Virus record (IMG/VR): IMGVR_UViG_2734482536_000008
DNA: 4,472 nt
Strand: one strand, 5' to 3'
From: a virus
Lineage: Duplodnaviria; Heunggongvirae; Uroviricota; Caudoviricetes
The position numbers were made by a program, and so were the translations under genes. Below are positions 1 through 4,472 of this stretch, piece after piece; within the stretch, counting starts at the first letter, position 1; every line of letters begins with the position of its first letter. The notes under the pieces are model-generated. The model was not told where the DNA came from, did not search any database, and saw only the letters and a program-made list of their open reading frames with translations.

Positions 1-25
1 GGGAAAAATATCATCAGATGGCTGC

Positions 26-378
26 TTAAAAAAAGAACAAATGGTAGTGTCCGCTATTGCCAGTACACCTCAATTGCTCTGCGGCTTCGCTCAGAGCTGG
101 CGTATGTTCCCGGCCTACTGATTCACACAGGTAATCAACGAAACCGGACACCAGTTTTCGTTCGCGAGGCGTGATCGCCCCACCGACCGGAGTCCAGTAA
201 TCGAAACCCAGTTGCAGGAGTTTGAAAAAACGCTTGTGGAATGCGTAGTTACACACACGCTTAAAGTCTGCGTGTATCCACTCACCTATTTTGATTTGAT
301 GCAGAAAATCGCAACTCTCCGGCGTCGCCGGGAGAAGTAATCCGGAAGAGGTTTGTTTGACCAGTTGTATATGTGCCA
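26..378 (-). CDS. Hypothetical prophage protein, 117 aa from the ATG at 376-378 (ORF track extends it to a TTG at 419-421)
   Basis: Open frame with no stops. The ATG at 376-378 is preceded by GGAGAAAG about 7 nt upstream on the minus strand. Reads protein-like (MAHIQLVKQTSSG...), but I recognise no family with confidence. The stop lies 25 nt from the window edge. Confidence 0.45.
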
Positions 379-417
379 TCGGCTTTCTCCGGTGGCACGG
401 TGTTACACAGCAGGAGT

Positions 418-705
418 TCAATCCTGCTCAAGATTGTAGATGAGTTTATTCTTCAGCAAAAGCAGAAAACCAGCCTTAAAACCAATCTCTTTCAAAACCC
501 GTAATGATGTGACAAATTCGTCCTCACGCAAAATAAAACCGTCCGTCAGAAGTCCATTACAAAAATAAAATAACACAGCACCGCTCTTCCTTTGTTGAGA
601 TTGCAAACATCTAATGCGGCAATGGCTGACAATCGCTCCATTCTCAACGCGCACAGCATAGAGGCCATTTTCACTAAAAATTTCACGCAATTCTTCGATT
701 TTCAT
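418..705 (-). CDS. Hypothetical small protein, 95 aa
   Basis: ATG at 703-705 preceded by GGAAGGA (SD-like) on the minus strand; stop at 418-420. No recognisable motif. Confidence 0.45.
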   Translation of the reverse strand: MKIEELREIFSENGLYAVRVENGAIVSHCRIRCLQSQQRKSGAVLFYFCNGLLTDGFILREDEFVTSLRVLKEIGFKAGFLLLLKNKLIYNLEQD

Positions 706-786
706 CTTCAGAATCCTTCCAGATAAATAGCTCTCCCCTGTTCGGGGTCCATCCCTCTTCTCCCTGCGCGCTACTTAAGTGAGTCG

Positions 787-814
787 ATTCTATCTGCGAA
801 GGTGCGCGAATCAA
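787..814 (-). promoter_or_regulatory. Candidate sigma70 promoter for the 95-aa gene (TTGATT, 16-nt spacer, TAGAAT on the minus strand)
   Basis: Minus-strand -35 TTGATT (plus 809-814 aatcaa) and -10 TAGAAT (plus 787-792 attcta); predicted start near 780, giving a roughly 75-nt leader. Sequence match only. Confidence 0.3.
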
Positions 815-830
815 ATTCACCGGAAATAAA

Positions 831-877
831 CAACAAAAAACCCGCCGAAACGCTGAGAGATCACAGCGATGGGCGGG
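831..877 (-). terminator. Rho-independent terminator at the end of the hok transcript
   Basis: Minus-strand RNA CCCGCC-CAU-CGCUG-UGAUCUCU-CAGCG-UUU-CGGCGGG (two-tier GC-rich hairpin, plus 841-877) followed directly by UUUUUUGUUGUUUAUUU (plus 831-840 A-run). Confidence 0.6.
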
Positions 878-883
878 TTAAGT

Positions 884-896
884 GCGGGTGCGTTGA
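884..896 (-). promoter_or_regulatory. 3' fold-back (fbi-like) element of hok mRNA, complementary to the predicted mRNA 5' end
   Basis: Plus 884-896 gggtgcgttgagg is the near-perfect reverse complement of plus 1269-1280 cctcaagcaccc (one extra base). In the minus-strand transcript the 5' end GGGUGCUUGAGG can pair with 3' CCUCAACGCACCC, as described for hok-family mRNAs. Confidence 0.45.
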
Positions 897-918
897 GGAT
901 GCCTGACACATCAGAGGT

Positions 919-946
919 GGGCGGGGATGGGATCAGCTCCCCGCCC
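919..946 (-). promoter_or_regulatory. Perfect 9-bp GC-rich stem-loop immediately 3' of the hok stop codon
   Basis: gggcgggga (919-927), 10-nt loop, tccccgccc (938-946). No U-tract follows on either strand, so it is not a terminator; likely a structural element of the hok 3' UTR. Confidence 0.4.
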
Positions 947-954
947 GGTCACTC

Positions 955-1110
955 TTACTTCCTGGATTCGTAGTCTACGAAGACAGCGACCTCCGTCTGG
1001 CCGGTTCGGATTCGTACCTCACAGAGGTCTTTCCTCGTTACCAGTGCCGTCACTATGACGGTTAAACAGATGACGATCAGGGCGATTAACATCGCCTTTT
1101 GCTGCTTCAT
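955..1110 (-). CDS. hok: Hok/Gef family type I toxin, 51 aa
   Basis: Translation MKQQKAMLIALIVICLTVIVTALVTRKDLCEVRIRTGQTEVAVFVDYESRK is near-identical over most of its length to HokD/RelF and Gef/HokC as I recall them (single transmembrane helix, conserved TRK-LCE-R-G-EVA core). ATG at 1108-1110 with AAGGAG 9 nt upstream. The specific paralog is not resolved. Confidence 0.85.
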   Translation of the reverse strand: MKQQKAMLIALIVICLTVIVTALVTRKDLCEVRIRTGQTEVAVFVDYESRK

Positions 1111-1167
1111 AGCCTGCTTCTCCTTGCCTTTCGGCATGTAAGAGGCTAACCTACATGTGCAAAGCAT
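955..1167 (-). CDS. mok: mok-like in-frame upstream reading frame, 70 codons, sharing the hok stop
   Basis: ATG at 1165-1167 opens a frame that runs into hok in the same frame, 19 codons longer. This matches the mok/hok arrangement in which mok is a 5'-extended frame ending at the hok stop, as I recall for mokC/hokC. Confidence 0.45.
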   Translation of the reverse strand: MLCTCRLASYMPKGKEKQAMKQQKAMLIALIVICLTVIVTALVTRKDLCEVRIRTGQTEVAVFVDYESRK

Positions 1168-1225
1168 GAAATTGGCCTCAGATTAATGTTAAGCGTCTTG
1201 CCGGACGCGTAATGTTAACTGGGGC
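1150..1225 (+). ncRNA. sok: Predicted Sok-like antisense RNA (position approximate)
   Basis: By analogy with hok/sok, the antisense RNA is transcribed opposite the hok leader across the mok initiation region. A weak plus-strand promoter candidate exists (TTGCCT 1124-1129, 17-nt spacer, TAACCT 1147-1152). Ends are not defined and no clean terminator was found. Confidence 0.25.
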
Positions 1226-1268
1226 TTTTCTCTATCTGCCTTTTGGTGTTCATGCCTGAAGCAGATAG

Positions 1269-1280
1269 CCTCAAGCACCC
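1269..1280 (-). promoter_or_regulatory. Predicted 5' end of hok mRNA (5' partner of the fbi pairing)
   Basis: Lies immediately downstream of the predicted -10 on the minus strand and is complementary to 884-896 (see that feature). Confidence 0.45.
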
Positions 1281-1286
1281 GCAGTC

Positions 1287-1316
1287 ATTCTACTTACCTC
1301 GCCAATATGAAATCAA
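1287..1316 (-). promoter_or_regulatory. Candidate sigma70 promoter of hok/mok mRNA (TTGATT, 18-nt spacer, TAGAAT)
   Basis: Minus-strand -35 TTGATT (plus 1311-1316) and -10 TAGAAT (plus 1287-1292); predicted start near 1280. This gives a leader of about 113 nt to mok and 170 nt to hok, consistent with hok-family mRNA architecture. Confidence 0.5.
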
Positions 1317-1337
1317 TCAGAAAGGTGCCCCATAAAA

Positions 1338-2024
1338 TCACTCCTTCTCTTCTTTACCGTAGTGGAGTTGACCAATTTTGATAAGAGGGCGTCCCTGAGA
1401 TTTGCGGTGTAGATTGGTATCGCGCAGAGAATACACACAGCCACAATATTCCTGCTGATAGAATTTTTCGCGCTTGCTGATTTCAATCATACGGGACGAG
1501 CCGCCCTGCTTGCGCCAGTTATAATCCCAGTACACCATGCCCGGATAATGCGCGACGGCTCGCCGCCCACAGTCGTTAACCTGCTGCATATTTTTCCAGC
1601 GTGAAATGCCCAGTGAACTGCTGATCACACTGAAACCATTTTCAGCGGCGTACAGCGCTGTCCGCTCAAAACGCATGTCAAAACACATGGTGCAACGGAT
1701 CCCTCGTTCGGGCTCCCATTCCATTCCTTTGGCTCGTTCAAACCAGTTGTCTGTGTCGTAATCAGCATCAATAAACGGCACGCCGTGTTGTTCAGCAAAG
1801 CGAATATTCTCATCCTTACGAATTAAATACTCTTTCTGAGGATGAATGTTCGGGTTGTAGAAAAAGATGGTGTAGTCGATTCCCGAGGCCTGAAGCGCCT
1901 CCATCACCTCACCGGAACATGGAGCACAGCAAGAGTGCAGTAGTAGTTTGTTTGCCCCGTTTGGGAGCTCCAATTTGGGCCGTTTGAAATCAGCAACTGT
2001 CATAAATATGTTTATTGGGGTCAT
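1338..2024 (-). CDS. queH: QueH-like (DUF208) putative epoxyqueuosine reductase, Fe-S enzyme, 228 aa
   Basis: Contains [11 protein letters not shown] near the N-terminus plus downstream CTMCF and [11 protein letters not shown] cysteine motifs, which I recognise as the DUF208/QueH signature. No obvious Shine-Dalgarno before the ATG at 2022-2024 or the in-frame ATG at 2001-2003, so the start is uncertain. Family assignment is from memory of motifs. Confidence 0.7.
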   Translation of the reverse strand: MTPINIFMTVADFKRPKLELPNGANKLLLHSCCAPCSGEVMEALQASGIDYTIFFYNPNIHPQKEYLIRKDENIRFAEQHGVPFIDADYDTDNWFERAKGMEWEPERGIRCTMCFDMRFERTALYAAENGFSVISSSLGISRWKNMQQVNDCGRRAVAHYPGMVYWDYNWRKQGGSSRMIEISKREKFYQQEYCGCVYSLRDTNLHRKSQGRPLIKIGQLHYGKEEKE

Positions 2025-2171
2025 AAAAATATCAAAGAGTGTAGCATTAGAACGGGGCTATCGGAAACAGATGTGTGACTGCTCCCCGCCCTTTCGGGTG
2101 GTCTCCTGATGATTTGAGGGTGCAGAAATCCCTCCGGTTAAGGATTAAATTTTTAACAGTGCTAAATTTAA

Positions 2172-2528
2172 TTATTCAGTTCTGGATTTTGTCGCCCTGC
2201 GTATCCGCGCTTTCGCGTTACGCTCAATCTGTATCAGCTTTTCTATATTTCTCCGCCTTTCCTGTTCCTCCTGGCGCAATAGCCTTACATCATCTGCCAG
2301 TCTGGTTTCTCTTTTTGCCACAGAGAGCATCCAGTCAAACGGCTCCACAACCGCACCGCAGATTTTACAGCGGACCTGACGCTCTTTTTCGTCAACCCGT
2401 ACAGAGGCGTGATGGCAATATGGTCTTTCCGATGGCTCATAAAGAAAATTAACCTGATTACGAGGGTCATCCTCTTTTACCGGAAATAAAACGATATTGC
2501 TTAACTCATCTTCTGGTTTTATTTCCAT
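2172..2528 (-). CDS. Uncharacterised protein, 119 aa: putative zinc-ribbon (C-H-H ... CxxC) followed by a charged, probably coiled-coil, C-terminal half
   Basis: ATG at 2526-2528 preceded by a strong SD AAGGAGAGGAG; the ORF track's longer version starts at 2585 and abuts the upstream stop. Motif YCHHASVRVDEKERQVRCKICG, then RETRLADDVRLLRQEEQERRRNIEKLIQIERNAKARIRR. No family recognised. Confidence 0.6.
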   Translation of the reverse strand: MEIKPEDELSNIVLFPVKEDDPRNQVNFLYEPSERPYCHHASVRVDEKERQVRCKICGAVVEPFDWMLSVAKRETRLADDVRLLRQEEQERRRNIEKLIQIERNAKARIRRATKSRTE

Positions 2529-2585
2529 GCTCCTCTCCTTTGATGCGAATGCCAGCGGTAATTGAAGCCTGATAGCTAATTTCAT

Positions 2586-3008
2586 TCACAGTATCGCCTC
2601 CTGAAAATTACCCTGATAGAAAGCCAGTACACGCTGCATAGCTTCGCTCTTCCGGCACTCGCGACAGATTATATTCAGGCGCCTGTCGTAGCGGCGTATT
2701 TCTCCGTCAGGTAATGACCAGATAAGGTCCGGATCAACAACAACCGGTTTCCTCACCTTTACTCTCGAGAGTTTTTTGCGGGCGCTTTGCCAGTCCTTGC
2801 GAGCCTGTTCAGACGGGAATAAGCCGTAGCCAGAATTATATACATCACCACTTGCGACCAGTTCTATGCATAAGCGACCGACAGACGCACGACTGATACC
2901 TGTTTCATCTGACAACTGCCGAATCGTGACCCGACCGTCCTGATGCACGAGTTCCACAATTCGCGTCTTCAGTTCTTCCCGCTGTTCGGGAGTAAAAGGT
3001 TTCGCCAT
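2586..3008 (-). CDS. ren: Ren-like protein with N-terminal helix-turn-helix, 140 aa
   Basis: ATG at 3006-3008 with AGGAGG 5 nt upstream, 14 nt after the DnaC-like stop. C-terminal ICRECRKSEAMQRVLAFYQG resembles the phage lambda Ren C-terminus (FKECRQSAAMKRVLAVYG, as I recall it). N-terminal TIRQLSDETGISRASVGRL is HTH-like. The position right after the P-like gene matches lambda O-P-ren order. Confidence 0.55.
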   Translation of the reverse strand: MAKPFTPEQREELKTRIVELVHQDGRVTIRQLSDETGISRASVGRLCIELVASGDVYNSGYGLFPSEQARKDWQSARKKLSRVKVRKPVVVDPDLIWSLPDGEIRRYDRRLNIICRECRKSEAMQRVLAFYQGNFQEAIL

Positions 3009-3022
3009 AAATCCTCCTGAAA

Positions 3023-3684
3023 CTACTTAACAACCCTCGAATGGCTAACATTCGGACGCCAGCTCTCCCAGTTAAAATTCACCCAGCGCCCGNNNNNNNN
3101 NNNNNNNNNNNNNNNNNNNNNNNNNNNNNNNNNNNNNNNNNNNNNNNNNNNNNNNNNNNNNNNNNNNNNNNNNNNNNNNNNNNNNNNNNNNNNNNNNNNN
3201 NNNNNNNNNNNNNNNNNNNNNNNNNNNNNNNNNNNNNNNNNNNNNNNNNNNNNNNNNNNNNNNNNNNNNNNNNNNNNNNNNNNNNNNNNNNNNNNNNNNN
3301 NNNNNNNNNNNNNNNNNNNNNGATAGCTGCCGCTAAGTGATTCTTCCCGGTACCAGGTTTTCCGCTGAACGCAAAATTTGTACACCCGGTCATCAGTTCA
3401 TCGGCGATGGATTTCGCCTGGCTTAACGCGTATCGCTGGCCGTCGTTCTGCACCTGGTAATTCGCAAACGAGCATTTACGGTGCAACGGCTGGATGCCTG
3501 AGCGATTCAGAATTTTTTCCACCCGCAACTGGCGATTCAGGCGGTTGATCTCCTCGCTACGTTTCTGGCCTTCAGCAAGTTGCCACTCGCGCCACTCCGC
3601 TACCGTTCTGAATGGGGCGGTTACATGTGGCGGGGTCAGTCGGCGGATGCGTTCCAGAACGCCGCCTGTCGCAATATTTTTCAT
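3023..3684 (-). CDS. dnaC: DnaC-like replicative helicase loader (phage P-function analogue, AAA+ ATPase), interrupted by the N run
   Basis: N-terminal 120 aa align closely to E. coli DnaC, including NRSGIQPLH, CSF-NYQV and the Walker A motif FSGKPGTGKNHLAAAI. The C-terminal tail after the gap (GRWVNFNWESWRPNVSHSRVVK) matches the DnaC C-terminus (LWVIFNWDSYRSRVTGKEY). ATG at 3682-3684, stop TAG at 3023-3025. The two halves are in different frames across a 229-nt N run, so the true length is unknown. Confidence 0.85.
3093..3321. other. Run of 229 N (assembly gap or masked sequence) inside the DnaC-like gene
   Basis: Directly visible. Its length is not a multiple of 3, which explains the frame change between the two gene halves. 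Confidence 0.95.
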
Positions 3685-3690
3685 GGTCCG

Positions 3691-4367
3691 TTACCCCCTG
3701 AAGCCTGGCGGGATCGCACTGTCCGGCAACGAGACGGTGTTAACCTGTCGGAGCAACGTCTCAGGCCGAACACCTTTCGGCGCGAACAGGCCCTGGTATT
3801 CATTGGCGATGCTGTGTCGAATCACCTGCTCAGGTGTAAAACCCTGCTGACGGAATTTTTCCAGTTCCCGTATCGCCCCGTTAGCGCCCTGCTCCGTTCG
3901 AATCGGTTTTCGCAATGCCTGTCTGAACCGGACCCACTCATGCCAGAGTGTTTCCGGCAACCAATCGGGCAGCTCAATAGCCTCCGGCTCGAATTTTTTA
4001 GACGCTCGTTTTTGGCGAGGGGGAGATCAGTATTTAGATCTTCCTCTTCCTCTTCCTCTGGTAACGCTTTTTGATCCGTTTGTGTAACGCTGGCAGCGTT
4101 ACCTTTTCGTTTCAGTTCGCGTATTTTTGTTACTCGCTCGTTTGTAACCGCCCGTTTTTTTTAGAGCTTTTTCCGTTATGACGTTCAAAGTTAGGTAGAG
4201 AAAGCCCTCCGTCATTTTCGACCAGCCATCCAACCTGAATTAACGCATCAGCAAAACCAGACATAAAAGTGATGCGATCTATTGCACTTTTTGTAACGCC
4301 GCGAGCGTTACAATCTGCATTACCGTCTATCATTTGTTGATCCGCCCATGCCCAGAAGCGAATAACC
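3691..4367 (-). pseudogene. Phage replication-initiator/primosomal gene with DnaT-like C-terminal domain, split across three frames
   Basis: The C-terminal segment (3691..about 4026) ends NTVSLPDSAIPPGFRG and contains KFEPEAIELPDWLPE, matching the E. coli DnaT C-terminal domain (NTVSEPDSQIPPGFRG; PDWQPD). Its stop is 6 nt before the DnaC-like start, like chromosomal dnaT-dnaC. Upstream, coding continues without stops in a second frame (about 4160..3996, KKRAVTNERVTKIRELKRKGNAASVTQTDQKALPEEEEEEDLNTDLPLAKNERLK) and a third (4367..4130, ending HNGKSSKKNGRLQTSE stop). The frames change at an A8 tract (plus T8, 4155-4162) and near an A6 tract (plus 3994-3999). The 5' end is either the ATG at 4331-4333 or lies beyond the IS at 4368. 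Confidence 0.55.
4039..4059. repeat. Hexanucleotide tandem repeat (TCTTCC/GAGGAA, about 3.5 units) encoding a Glu6 linker on the minus strand
   Basis: Plus tcttcctcttcctcttcctct; on the minus strand GAG GAA GAG GAA GAG GAA in the middle frame of the replication gene. Confidence 0.5.
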
Positions 4368-4472
4368 TGAGGTAGCCTGAGTTTAACGGACACTCCTTCC
4401 TGAAATAGAATGGCATCAGAAGGAGCTAATAATGAGCAGAAAAACCCAACGTTACTCTAAAGAGTTCAAAGC
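4368..4472 (+). mobile_element. IS3-family insertion sequence, left end (IS600-like), continuing past the window edge
   Basis: A terminal TGAGGTAGCC... at 4368 with GGACAC at IR positions 21-26, the same position as in the IS3 left inverted repeat as I recall it. The orfA ATG follows 64 bp after the IR start with AGGAG 8 nt upstream, a typical IS3-family layout. Only one end is in the window, so the boundary is inferred. Confidence 0.7.
4432..4472 (+). CDS. IS3-family transposase OrfA, N-terminal 13 codons (partial, runs off the window)
   Basis: ATGAGCAGAAAAACCCAACGTTACTCTAAAGAGTTCAAAGC translates MSRKTQRYSKEFK, which I recognise as the start of IS600/IS3-family OrfA (HTH protein). Confidence 0.75.
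   Translation, partial: MSRKTQRYSKEFK

Noticed and set aside
379-421. N-terminal extension of the left-most ORF from a TTG at 419-421
   Set aside because: Overlaps the upstream stop and lacks an RBS; the ATG at 376-378 with GGAGAAAG is the better start. The same logic applies to the 2529..2585 extension of the zinc-ribbon ORF.
819-830. 12-nt exact repeat accggaaataaa, also at 2479-2490
   Set aside because: A single 12-mer match in a 4.5-kb window is about what chance predicts; no extended similarity around it.
1232-1268. Inverted repeat ctatctgc / gcagatag with a 21-nt loop, considered as a Sok terminator or operator
   Set aside because: No U-tract on either strand and it lies within the hok mRNA leader; more likely part of leader secondary structure than a separate element.
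1625-1813. Minus-strand 62-aa ORF inside the QueH-like gene
   Set aside because: Alternative frame inside a gene with conserved motifs in the main frame; no independent start signals.
2129-2150. Short hairpin aatcc..ggatt with adjacent A/T run, considered as a terminator between the zinc-ribbon and queH-like genes
   Set aside because: Stem is only about 5 bp and is not followed by a proper U-tract on the minus strand; too weak to call.
2075-2452. Plus-strand ORF of 125 aa
   Set aside because: Lies antisense to the well-supported zinc-ribbon gene (strong SD, clean frame), has low-complexity composition and no RBS; most likely a shadow ORF.
2285-2470. Minus-strand 61-aa ORF overlapping the zinc-ribbon gene
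   Set aside because: Alternative frame of the same region; the main frame has the strong RBS and coherent sequence.
3041-3385. ORFs of 99 and 120 aa made mostly of X residues
   Set aside because: Artefacts of translating through the N run; only the real C-terminal tail of the DnaC-like gene (3023..3092) is meaningful.
3494-4074. Plus-strand ORFs of 118 and 164 aa
   Set aside because: Antisense to the DnaT-like and DnaC-like coding sequence, whose homology is clear on the minus strand; the serine run at the end is just the reverse reading of the GAGGAA repeat.
4368-4393. GTG start and first codons (MSVKLRLPQ) of the ORF-track ORF 4130..4393
   Set aside because: This stretch lies inside the IS left inverted repeat, so it is not native N-terminal coding sequence of the replication gene.
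1-4472. Search for CRISPR repeats, tRNA or rRNA genes and att-like direct repeats
   Set aside because: No regularly spaced direct repeats, no cloverleaf-like candidates and no rRNA-like conserved stretches were seen by eye.

Overview
All supported genes are on the minus strand and the order reads like the early-right arm of a degraded lambdoid prophage (Escherichia/Shigella-like). From high to low coordinates: an IS3-family element (IS600-like left end, 4368 to window end) sits at or just upstream of the 5' end of a replication-initiator gene with a DnaT-like C-terminal domain (3691..4367, broken into three reading frames at two A-homopolymer tracts); a DnaC-like helicase loader (3023..3684, interrupted by a 229-nt N run); a Ren-like HTH protein (2586..3008); an uncharacterised zinc-ribbon/coiled-coil protein (2172..2528); a QueH-like (DUF208) putative epoxyqueuosine reductase (1338..2024); a complete hok/mok type I toxin locus with promoter, long-range fbi pairing elements and terminator (about 831..1316); and two small hypothetical genes (418..705, 26..378). 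No tRNA, rRNA or CRISPR array is present. The most interesting region is the ren / zinc-ribbon / queH-like / hok block between the replication module and the left-end genes: it looks like accessory cargo, but all functions are inferred from recalled motifs and need database confirmation. All homology statements are from memory of protein families, not from searches.
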